Part shown: positions 15,940-24,285 of the stretch, piece by piece
How positions within the stretch are numbered: position 1 is the stretch's first letter
Layout of the letters: each line of letters starts with the position of its first letter
NCBI GenBank assembly: GCA_031962025.1
Contig: JAVRKW010000012.1
From: Pseudothermotoga sp.
GTDB lineage: Bacteria > Thermotogota > Thermotogae > Thermotogales > DSM-5069
Strand: one strand, 5' to 3'
Length of the DNA stretch: 47,529 nucleotides
The notes under the pieces: model-generated
What the model was told of the DNA's origin: nothing
What the model saw: the letters and a program-made list of their open reading frames with translations, nothing else
Database searches by the model: none
Position numbers and translations under genes: made by a program

Positions 15940-15967
15940 AAATATAATTTTGAGGAGGGATGGTTTT

Positions 15968-16456
15968 ATGATAAAAGAGAGTATTCAAAAAGCTTTTAAT
16001 GAACAGATCAAAAAAGAGCTTGATTCTGCGTATCTGTATCTTTCAATGGCTGCGTATTTTGATTCGCAAAATCTTGAAGGAATGGCACACTGGATGAAAT
16101 TACAGGCAAAGGAAGAGTACAAACACGCCATGAAATTCTACGAGCACATAAATGAGCGCGGTGGAAAGGTGGAATTTTTCGCTCTGGATCAGCCTGTCAG
16201 GGAATGGGCAAATCCATTTGAAGTTTTCAGGCACGTCTATGAGCACGAGCAGAAAGTCACAGCGAGTATATACAACCTTGTTGAACTGGCAAAGAAAGAG
16301 AATGATCATGCTGCATACGTGTTTTTGCAGTGGTTTGTAAATGAGCAGGTTGAGGAAGAATCAAATGCGTTGAAGATTTTACAAACACTTGAGAAGATAA
16401 AAGATGTCCCTGTTGGTATAATAATGATGGACAGAGAACTTGCCAAGAGGGAGTGA
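15968..16456 (+). CDS. ftnA: Non-heme ferritin
   Basis: Ferroxidase residues: E..SAYLY, EEYKHA, HEQKVT, LQWFVNEQVEEE. Confidence 0.92.
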   Translation: MIKESIQKAFNEQIKKELDSAYLYLSMAAYFDSQNLEGMAHWMKLQAKEEYKHAMKFYEHINERGGKVEFFALDQPVREWANPFEVFRHVYEHEQKVTASIYNLVELAKKENDHAAYVFLQWFVNEQVEEESNALKILQTLEKIKDVPVGIIMMDRELAKRE

Positions 16457-16460
16457 TAAG

Positions 16461-16943
16461 ATGTTCAACATCGACGAAGTTTTTGAGATCGCCGAACAGA
16501 TCGAGAGAAACGGTGCGAGTTTTTACACAAAAGCGGCTGAAAAATTTGTAGAGTATTCTAAAAAGTCCATCTTTTTGAAACTCGTCGATATGGAAAAAGA
16601 ACACGAAAAGAGATTTCACACCATGAGATTGGAAATTGCCAAAAAGGAGCGGGAGATTTCCCAGTTCCTTGATCCTTCAGGTGAAGCAGCCAAATATCTG
16701 CAGTCGATTGCAAACAGCAAGGTCTTTGATCTCAGAGCTGATCCGACTGACAGGTTCAAAGATATCCGTTCATTATCAGAGCTTTTGAGAGTAGCGATCG
16801 ATCTGGAAAAAGATTCGATCATATTCTACCTGGGAATAAAGGAATCTGTCCCAGAAGGTCTTGGCAGAGACAAGATAGATCTGATCGTCAAAGAAGAGAT
16901 GGGACATGTGCAGTTGCTTACAAATATGATCGAAACTCTTTGA
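16461..16943 (+). CDS. Rubrerythrin/ferritin-like diiron protein
   Basis: Paired motifs E..G..FY/EKEH and EKDSIIFY/EEMGH. Confidence 0.85.
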   Translation: MFNIDEVFEIAEQIERNGASFYTKAAEKFVEYSKKSIFLKLVDMEKEHEKRFHTMRLEIAKKEREISQFLDPSGEAAKYLQSIANSKVFDLRADPTDRFKDIRSLSELLRVAIDLEKDSIIFYLGIKESVPEGLGRDKIDLIVKEEMGHVQLLTNMIETL

Positions 16944-16955
16944 GAGGAGATATCT

Positions 16956-17255
16956 ATGATAACAAAAGAACAGGTTTTGAAGGCTCTGGAAAATGTCATA
17001 GATTTTGAATTGGGATTGGATGTTGTGAGTCTGGGACTTGTCTATGGAGTGGATATAGATCAACAGAACAACGTGACAGTCACAATGACCATGACAACAC
17101 CAGCATGTCCGTTAGCTGGAATGATTCTGCAGGATGCAGAAGACAAAATTCGTGAAATAGAAGGAGTTGGAGATGTCAAAATCAATCTGACCTTTGATCC
17201 ACCATGGACACCGGACAGAATGAATGAGGAGCTGCGAAAAAGATTTGGTATATGA
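16956..17255 (+). CDS. DUF59/SufT-like Fe-S cluster assembly protein
   Basis: DFELGLDVVSLGLVY, TMTTPACP, FDPPWTP. Confidence 0.92.
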   Translation: MITKEQVLKALENVIDFELGLDVVSLGLVYGVDIDQQNNVTVTMTMTTPACPLAGMILQDAEDKIREIEGVGDVKINLTFDPPWTPDRMNEELRKRFGI

Positions 17256-18067
17256 CTTTCAGAGAATTGTATAAGATTTTGAAAGATATGCTCGGCGGTG
17301 CCTCCGAATCCTCTGGTACGGAGGCACTTTTGCTTTTATCAGCCGCCACGGGTATGACCAAAGAAAGAATACTGCTTTCTTTTGAACAAGAGGTCAAGGA
17401 CAGTTATTCAAAGCAGGCACTTGAGTTTGCCCGCCTGCGGTGCAGTGGTTTTCCTCTTCAGTACATAACCGGAAAATGCTATTTTTATGGATTAGAGCTC
17501 AACATAGAAGAAGGGGTTTTCATACCAAGGATCGAGACAGAAACCCTGGTGGATCTGGCTTTGGAATTGATTGAAAATGAGCAATTAAAAACAGTTGTTG
17601 ATATAGGAACAGGCTCAGGTGCAATAGCCATTGCCATTGTACTGAACAGTGACTGTGAAGTTTACGCAACTGATATCAACCCAAAAGCAATCTTGCTTGC
17701 ACGGAAAAATGCCGATAAATTCAAAGCAAAAATCACCTTTTTGGAAGGACCATTTTTAGAACCAGTTAAGCCTTTTCTTGAAAAAATCGACCTGATCGTT
17801 TCAAACCCACCGTATATCTCCACGAAGGCAGCTCTTGCAGCAGATGTTTTGAAAGAACCACACGATGCACTGTTTGCAGGAGAAGATGGACTGGATTTTT
17901 ACAGAGAATTTTTTAAAGATACAGCTTTTTTGAAAAACAAGCATGTGTTGATGGAATTTTCCTGTGAACAGAGAGATTTTCTGCAAAAGCTCTGTTCTTT
18001 TGGAAATATTTCATTTTTTCATGATCAATTTGGAAAAACAAGGTTTTTTCATGTAAAGATAGAGTAG
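17252..18067 (+). CDS. prmC: Release factor glutamine methyltransferase
   Basis: PLQYITG, FIPRIETE, DIGTGSGAIA, SNPPY. Confidence 0.93.
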   Translation: MTFRELYKILKDMLGGASESSGTEALLLLSAATGMTKERILLSFEQEVKDSYSKQALEFARLRCSGFPLQYITGKCYFYGLELNIEEGVFIPRIETETLVDLALELIENEQLKTVVDIGTGSGAIAIAIVLNSDCEVYATDINPKAILLARKNADKFKAKITFLEGPFLEPVKPFLEKIDLIVSNPPYISTKAALAADVLKEPHDALFAGEDGLDFYREFFKDTAFLKNKHVLMEFSCEQRDFLQKLCSFGNISFFHDQFGKTRFFHVKIE

Positions 18068-18109
18068 TAAAATAATTCGTGAGTCTAACAACATTGGGGT
18101 GAAAAAACC

Positions 18110-19837
18110 TTGAAGAGACTTCTTGGTTATGCAAAACCATATTTTTGGTTTTTTGTGCTTGCGATATTCATAGTGCTTGTTTCTGCTGTTATTGATCTTT
18201 TACCACCGCAGATTGTGAGAAAGGCAATAGATGGTTACATGAACAACCCATCTTTAAACGTCGAGCAGCGCATAAGCGGTGTATCGACTATGGCACTCAT
18301 CTTGCTGGGTGTTGTTGGGCTCCAGTTTTTGCTTGGATATCTGAGTACTTATCTGACATCATTTCTTGGAAACAGGATAGTCTATGATATCAGAAGTGAA
18401 CTTTACAGAAAGGTTCTTGATCTTCCGATGTCTTTTTTTGACAAAAATCCCTCTGGAAGGATCAACACAAGGATAGTCAATGACACGCAGAATATTCAGG
18501 AATTCTTCTCGAGTGTTATAACTTCTATGGTCAAAGATGTATTTTTGCTCGCTGGAGTCATCTATTTTATGTTGAAAATAAGTACAAGGCTTTTTGTAAA
18601 TGTCAGCTTTGTATTTCCCATAATCATTGCTGCAATGGTCTTGTTCAGGTATTTCGATCTGAAGGTCTACAAAGAGGTCAGAACAAATCTTGCCCGCGTC
18701 AACGCATACCTTGCGGAACACATAAGCGGAATAAACGTGATAAAGCTCTTTTTGGCGGAAGATTACAAAGCAAGGGAATTTGATTCGGTGAATAAAGATC
18801 TGTACAGATCTTTGATAAATCAACTGTATGTTTTTGGTATTTTCAGACCTTTCATAGATTTGATTCACTACTTTGCCCTGAGCACGATAATCTGGTTCGG
18901 ATCAAAATACATAATTGGCGGAACAATCCAATTTGGTGAACTCTATGCCTTTGTCGCGTACATTGACACATTCATGAGACCTCTTGGCGATATATCAGAA
19001 AAGTACGACATCATTCAAAACACGGCGGCGTCCTGTGAAAAAATATTCACACTGATGGATGAAAAACCAGAAGTGCTTGGTGAGCCACAAGACGATGGCA
19101 GGATCGTCAAAGGAGAACTCGTTTTCGATGATGTGTGGTTCAGTTATGACTCACAAAGATGGGTTCTCAAAAACATAAACATCACTTTCAAACCAGGAGA
19201 ATTGACTGCCATTGTTGGAGAAACGGGAGCGGGCAAGACCTCATTGATGAACCTAGTAAATGGGATGTACGTTCCTCAAAAAGGCAGGATTTTGATAGAC
19301 GGCAGAGACATGCTTCAGTACGATTTGAGAAAAATCAGGAAACAGATTGCAACTGTACCTCAGGATGTGATACTCTTTTCTGGGACGATTCTTGACAACA
19401 TTAGATTGTTTCACCAGGAATACACCGAGCAACAGGTTATCGAAGCACTCAAAAAGGTGCACGCGTATGAAATCATAGATAAACTCAGCGATGGAATCTA
19501 CACCAAAATAATAGAACGTGGTTCAACGCTTTCAGCTGGTGAAAGACAGCTCATAGCTTTGGCACGTGCGGTTTTGTTTGACGCAAAAATACTGATTTTG
19601 GATGAAGCAACCAGCAACATAGACGTCGATACAGAATCCAGGATCGAAACGGCTGTCAGGGAACTATCCAGGGATAAAACTGTCATCATGATTGCACACA
19701 GACTTTCAACTGTGAAAGGCGCAGACAGAATAGTAGTTGTTCACGATGGTAAGGTTGCAGAAGAAGGTCAACACGCAGAATTGCTTTCCAAAAAAGGTGT
19801 CTATTACAAGCTCTATCAAATACAGTTTGCCTCCTAA
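18110..19837 (+). CDS. ABC exporter, fused TMD-NBD (multidrug type)
   Basis: 6-TM domain, GETGAGKT, LSAGERQ, ILDEATS. Confidence 0.93.
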   Translation: MKRLLGYAKPYFWFFVLAIFIVLVSAVIDLLPPQIVRKAIDGYMNNPSLNVEQRISGVSTMALILLGVVGLQFLLGYLSTYLTSFLGNRIVYDIRSELYRKVLDLPMSFFDKNPSGRINTRIVNDTQNIQEFFSSVITSMVKDVFLLAGVIYFMLKISTRLFVNVSFVFPIIIAAMVLFRYFDLKVYKEVRTNLARVNAYLAEHISGINVIKLFLAEDYKAREFDSVNKDLYRSLINQLYVFGIFRPFIDLIHYFALSTIIWFGSKYIIGGTIQFGELYAFVAYIDTFMRPLGDISEKYDIIQNTAASCEKIFTLMDEKPEVLGEPQDDGRIVKGELVFDDVWFSYDSQRWVLKNINITFKPGELTAIVGETGAGKTSLMNLVNGMYVPQKGRILIDGRDMLQYDLRKIRKQIATVPQDVILFSGTILDNIRLFHQEYTEQQVIEALKKVHAYEIIDKLSDGIYTKIIERGSTLSAGERQLIALARAVLFDAKILILDEATSNIDVDTESRIETAVRELSRDKTVIMIAHRLSTVKGADRIVVVHDGKVAEEGQHAELLSKKGVYYKLYQIQFAS

Positions 19838-19848
19838 AGCCACTCTGT

Positions 19849-19887
19849 ACCAGTCGATCATTTTGCAATCGACTGGTTTTCTTTTTT
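19849..19887 (+). terminator. Rho-independent terminator
   Basis: ACCAGTCGAT...ATCGACTGGT stem followed by TTTCTTTTTT. Confidence 0.8.
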
Positions 19888-19914
19888 GCTTATTCTGGTA
19901 TTGTATTTTATGAG

Positions 19915-20718
19915 GTGATTAATTTGTCTCTCAAGACAATTCAGCTTTTTTTGCTGGATATGGATGGTACATTCTATCTGGGCGACAGTCTTCTTCCAGG
20001 AGCAATGGATTTTGTAGAAACAGTCAGATCTCAGAAAAAGAGGTTCATGTTTTTGACGAACAATTCTTCCAAGGATGCTAAAAAATATGTTGAAAAGCTC
20101 AGAAAGCTTGGAGTTAATGTTGATGTGTCAGATGTTTTCACATCAGGTGAGGCTACTGCTATTTTCATGAAGCATAGATATGGACAGGCGAAGGTCTTTG
20201 TAATTGGTACACAGTCACTGGTTGAAACACTTCAAAGTTATGGTCATGAAGTTACCACAAAAGATCCGCAGGCTGTGGTTCTTGGATACGATACACAGAT
20301 CAACTATGAAAAGCTGGCTCTGGGGTGTTTGTTCATTCGAAAAGGGATCGACTACATAGCCACACACCCGGATATAAACTGTCCATCACCTGAGGGTCCA
20401 CTGCCTGATGCTGGTTCGTTCATCGCGCTTATAGAAAGATCCACAGGCAGAAAACCAGATTTCATCGTTGGCAAACCCAATCCTTTGATGTTACAGATGA
20501 TCGTGGAAAAAACTGGCATAAAGCCAGAGCAGATAGCGATGGTGGGTGATAGACTTTACACCGATATGGAGTTTGCCAAAAGATCGGGTATTTTCTCGAT
20601 ACTGGTTCTTTCCGGTGAGAGCAGTTTGGAAGATGTGAACAAGGTTGAGCAAAAACCAGATCTGATTTTGCAAAACATAGGAGAACTTGCTTTGTTGCTG
20701 AAGGAGCAGAAACCTTGA
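19915..20718 (+). CDS. HAD-IIA (NagD-like) phosphatase
   Basis: DMDGT, LTNNSS, GKP and GDRLYTD; true start possibly TTG 19924. Confidence 0.9.
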   Translation: MINLSLKTIQLFLLDMDGTFYLGDSLLPGAMDFVETVRSQKKRFMFLTNNSSKDAKKYVEKLRKLGVNVDVSDVFTSGEATAIFMKHRYGQAKVFVIGTQSLVETLQSYGHEVTTKDPQAVVLGYDTQINYEKLALGCLFIRKGIDYIATHPDINCPSPEGPLPDAGSFIALIERSTGRKPDFIVGKPNPLMLQMIVEKTGIKPEQIAMVGDRLYTDMEFAKRSGIFSILVLSGESSLEDVNKVEQKPDLILQNIGELALLLKEQKP

Positions 20719-21338
20719 ATATAAAGTACCGTCTGAGGACTAAAAGGGCTGAGGAACTGGTTAATCTTGCTCAAGCGGGGCTGAAAGAAGCTCTTGATCT
20801 TTTAGTTGAAAAGTACTATCCGATGGTCATAAAAATATCTTCAAAATACTATGCACCATGGGCTGAATTTCAGGATCTGGTTCAGAACGGTTTGGTCGGT
20901 TTGATCAAGGCTGTGTATTATTACCAGCCGGATAAAAGTGGTTTTTCTTCCTTTGCATGGAGAAGTATTGAATCTGAATTGAAATCTTTTCTGACGTTTT
21001 TGAACCGAAAGAAAAACAGAATGCTCACAGATGCTGTCAGCGTGGATTTGTTAACGAGTGAGGATTCTGATGAGACAGGATATTCATTTGAGGATTTTTC
21101 ACTTTCCACAGCACGCCAGGCAATTGCGGGTATGATTATGGAAAAGGTTAACGAACATCTGTCTGAATTGGAAGTTCAGATAGTTCAAATGTGGATCGAC
21201 GGAGCAAGTTATGAGCAGATAGAGCAGGAACTGGATGTGAATTTCAAGAAAGTGGACAATACTGTGCAGAAACTCAAAAGGGTACTGAGAGAAAAAATAG
21301 ATCCCGTACTTTTAAGGATGTTTTTTGACCAGCTTTAA
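20715..21338 (+). CDS. SigH-like alternative sigma-70 factor
   Basis: DLVQNGLVGLIKAV..Y, FSSFAW; region 4 SYEQI...KKVDNTVQK. Confidence 0.85.
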   Translation: MNIKYRLRTKRAEELVNLAQAGLKEALDLLVEKYYPMVIKISSKYYAPWAEFQDLVQNGLVGLIKAVYYYQPDKSGFSSFAWRSIESELKSFLTFLNRKKNRMLTDAVSVDLLTSEDSDETGYSFEDFSLSTARQAIAGMIMEKVNEHLSELEVQIVQMWIDGASYEQIEQELDVNFKKVDNTVQKLKRVLREKIDPVLLRMFFDQL

Positions 21339-21814
21339 GATTTTTTCCAGTCTTTTCTGAGAGCTTCGAGTTTTTCAAGCACACCGTATTCGTTGAGTTC
21401 TTCAATCAGTGTTTTATCATTCATGTTCTGAGCGTAGAGTTCCACAGCTTCGAAGAATTCCTGCAGGGCAAGATGACAGACTATGAGCATGGCTATGATC
21501 CTTTGATCTTTCATACCAATTTGAATGGCTCTGAGTAGCAAGAGTTTGGCGTTGTCATACCTTTCAAGATTCAAAAGGGCAGAAGATAGATTCACATAAG
21601 CTGGAGCGTAGTTTTTGTCAAGTTCAATTGCTTTTTGATAGCATTCGATTGCCTTCGCATTTTTGTCCATTCTTCTGTAAACATTACCGAGGTTGTTCCA
21701 GATCTCTGGAGCCTGACACAGATTCAAACACTGTCTGTAAAATTCTTCGGCTTTTTTCAGTTCACCTTTTTCAGCGGCTTCATAGGCTTCTTTGAACAAT
21801 TCCTCGAAGTTCAT
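21335..21814 (-). CDS. TPR repeat protein
   Basis: WNNLGNVY...AIECYQKAIELD..YVNL. Native start taken as ATG 21814 (MNFEE); the ORF-track ATG 21820 lies inside the IS remnant. Confidence 0.85.
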   Translation of the reverse strand: MNFEELFKEAYEAAEKGELKKAEEFYRQCLNLCQAPEIWNNLGNVYRRMDKNAKAIECYQKAIELDKNYAPAYVNLSSALLNLERYDNAKLLLLRAIQIGMKDQRIIAMLIVCHLALQEFFEAVELYAQNMNDKTLIEELNEYGVLEKLEALRKDWKKS

Positions 21815-21883
21815 CAACATTCAGCGCAGTCAACTCCATCTTCTATAAGATGGAGAATGTGCTGTTCCCTCCTTTCTAACATC
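21815..21883 (-). mobile_element. Miniature remnant of the IscB element end (copy 2)
   Basis: Reverse complement matches 134-199: 45 identical nt, one C/T change, GGAG, AG vs TTGAC, then identical TGCGCTGAATGTTG followed by ATGAA. Confidence 0.85.
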
Positions 21884-21903
21884 TTTTGAAATCACATACA
21901 CCA

Positions 21904-23517
21904 TTATTTGATCAACTCTCTTGTGTAATAGATTGTATCTGAGTAAATCTCATCACCATATCTTATCTGCACCGTTACAGGTGTTATATCCGAAGGAATT
22001 GGTCTTGTGCGTTTAAAGGTGATTTTCCATACTGGTTGCCATATGTCGACAGGTGAAGCGACAGAGCCAGCGCCGCCACTGAAGAGCACCAGATCCGTTG
22101 CTGGTGAAACTGTGAAAATCCTTACATTCTTGCCGCGCAGTGTGACTATGTCTGTTTTTCTTGAGTTTTTTGGTAGATCATCGAAGAAAACGCTGTATGC
22201 TGAACCTCTTTTTATGAATGGCAGTACCTTCTCAAAAAAATCCTGATCGGCTTTCAGTCGCTGTGATTTCACATACTCGGTTGAGATGTTGAAAAACACA
22301 GGTCCACCACCTTCTCTAACTTCCAGAAAATTTTTCACATACGGCACGCTGTCCCCAAAGATGTTCTCGACTCTGACAAATAGATTGATGTTGTCATTCT
22401 CAAAGTTGAAAGTATCGACTTTGACTATGAGCGGTTCTTTGGATTTCATCGGCTGTACTGTGACCGCGTTTGTCTTCCAGTTCATCAAAATCAGATACGG
22501 ATAGAGATACTCAAAGAAGATCGTCCCGTTCGGCAGTTGATAAAATTCGTGCAAAGTATCATCTTTGACAAGAGCGAGTTTTCCATCTTTTGTCATTATA
22601 ATCGGGTCGTTGTGAATGCTCACTTCGAAAGACCAGGTGCCATGAGAAGAGTAAGATTTGATCTTTTTGAAGGAAAAATCGTAAAATGAAAGCTGGTTTT
22701 TCATCACATCAAGAATCCAGAAACCGTACGGTGTTAACTCGATGTCGCTGATGATACAAAAATCATCAAGCGTGAAGAAATTGACAGATTCACCGTCGTA
22801 AATGAAAACTCTGTCAACATCACTGCCCCAGAGCCTTCCGATTCTGTCAAAGCCTGCAAGTATGGGATTTGTAAAGCCTTCATAGATGATATTTTCAGAG
22901 CCATTGTTCAGATCATATTCAATCAATTTTCCATCTCCGCTGATGTATAATTTCCCTGCGCTGGAAGTGGCTAAACTGGCTGGTGAGATGCTGGTTTTGA
23001 AAACTCTGTACCCATCTTCGTGTGTCAAAATCAATCTTTTGTTCGCTTTGTCGGCGATGATCAGAGAATTTCCCAAAAATACTGCGGCAGATGGTGTGTA
23101 AAAATACTCCGTACCTTTTTGAAAACCCGAAAATGTGATGATTTTGTCGAAAACAACCGGTGTGGAAAATTCAAGTGGCTTTTGGAGCGTTTCGATTTCT
23201 TTCAACAGCGAGATCACCTCTGATCTACCTGGACTGATGACAAGGATGGTTTTGAGATCTTCCTGTGCTTTTTCCACTGCCCGCATGTCTATGTCGATTT
23301 TTGAGGTGAAAAACCAGAACTCAGGTATATCAGAAACGTATATCAAGCCCGACAGTGCCTCGTCCATTACAGATCTTGCTTTGATGACATCTCCTTCATA
23401 CCAGAGTGAAAGAGCCTGAGAAAAAAGTTCTCTAGCTTGTTCTTCGTTGATTATTGAAAAACTTGCAACTGGAACAGCAAGTACAAACAAGAAACAGAGT
23501 ACTTTTTTCAACATCAA
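21904..23517 (-). CDS. Exported hypothetical protein (N-terminal TPR-like, beta-propeller-like region)
   Basis: Signal peptide, helical N-region, NHL/propeller-like strands; 4-bp overlap with plsY. Confidence 0.65.
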   Translation of the reverse strand: MMLKKVLCFLFVLAVPVASFSIINEEQARELFSQALSLWYEGDVIKARSVMDEALSGLIYVSDIPEFWFFTSKIDIDMRAVEKAQEDLKTILVISPGRSEVISLLKEIETLQKPLEFSTPVVFDKIITFSGFQKGTEYFYTPSAAVFLGNSLIIADKANKRLILTHEDGYRVFKTSISPASLATSSAGKLYISGDGKLIEYDLNNGSENIIYEGFTNPILAGFDRIGRLWGSDVDRVFIYDGESVNFFTLDDFCIISDIELTPYGFWILDVMKNQLSFYDFSFKKIKSYSSHGTWSFEVSIHNDPIIMTKDGKLALVKDDTLHEFYQLPNGTIFFEYLYPYLILMNWKTNAVTVQPMKSKEPLIVKVDTFNFENDNINLFVRVENIFGDSVPYVKNFLEVREGGGPVFFNISTEYVKSQRLKADQDFFEKVLPFIKRGSAYSVFFDDLPKNSRKTDIVTLRGKNVRIFTVSPATDLVLFSGGAGSVASPVDIWQPVWKITFKRTRPIPSDITPVTVQIRYGDEIYSDTIYYTRELIK

Positions 23518-24116
23518 CGCCCCTTTTTGAACATGGCAATCAGATCTGTTTTTCTTTCAGAATGATTCATCAGTCTGTTTATGTTATCGGCATGTCTCAG
23601 AGTGGATAACGTGGCAAGCAACAGAAAAAGCACCGCAAAATCCTTGTTGAAAAAATAAGCTACCAGCGACGCCGTGTACATGCCAATTATTGAACCAAGT
23701 GAAACGTATTTTGTCCAGAGAATAACTGACAGCCAGCCTGCAAGGAACGCAAAACCAGAAATGGGGACCAGCGCAAAGAAGACACCGGTTGTGCTTGCAA
23801 CACCTTTTCCACCTTTAAATCTCAAAAAGATTGGAAAATCATGACCGATCACTGCGCATATTGCCGCAATGCCAACGTAATAAATATTTTGATTGAAAAT
23901 CTTCGATACAACGAGTACTGGAACAAAGGATTTGACGGCATCAAGAATCATCGAAGCCAAGCCAATTGCAGGTCCAGCCGCTCTCAAAGCGTTTGTACCA
24001 CCGACATTGCCACTTCCCACATTCCTGACATCCACTTTTTTGAGTTTTGGAAGTAAGTAACTGAACGGTACCGACCCACAAAGATAGCAGATCAATCCAA
24101 CCAGAAAATAATTCAT
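23514..24116 (-). CDS. plsY: Glycerol-3-phosphate acyltransferase PlsY
   Basis: GSGNVGGTN, GHDFPIF..FKGGKGVA, RHADNI. Native start taken as ATG 24116 (MNYFL); the upstream MRWKL is element-derived. Confidence 0.93.
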   Translation of the reverse strand: MNYFLVGLICYLCGSVPFSYLLPKLKKVDVRNVGSGNVGGTNALRAAGPAIGLASMILDAVKSFVPVLVVSKIFNQNIYYVGIAAICAVIGHDFPIFLRFKGGKGVASTTGVFFALVPISGFAFLAGWLSVILWTKYVSLGSIIGMYTASLVAYFFNKDFAVLFLLLATLSTLRHADNINRLMNHSERKTDLIAMFKKGR

Positions 24117-24285
24117 CAACTTCCAGCGCATTCTACCTTATCATGGAATGCGCCGTCTCCTCCTTTCTAAGCTTTCTGTATAAGTCTTAAATCATCACCC
24201 TTGTCGATTTTTTGCCTGACAAAGCCCTTTTTATCGAGTTGCTGTTTTAAAAGTTTTTTCGCTGATGGCTGAGTCTATTCAGCTA
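24117..24285 (-). mobile_element. Decayed, internally deleted IscB element remnant (copy 3)
   Basis: Minus strand TTAGAAAGGAGG-AGA-CGGCGCATTC...GAATGCGCTG-GAAGTTG|ATGAA parallels copy 1. Upstream bases encode degenerate iscB tail fragments LSGKK and DLRLIQKA (vs LAGEK and NLRLLEKA). Far boundary uncertain. Confidence 0.7.
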
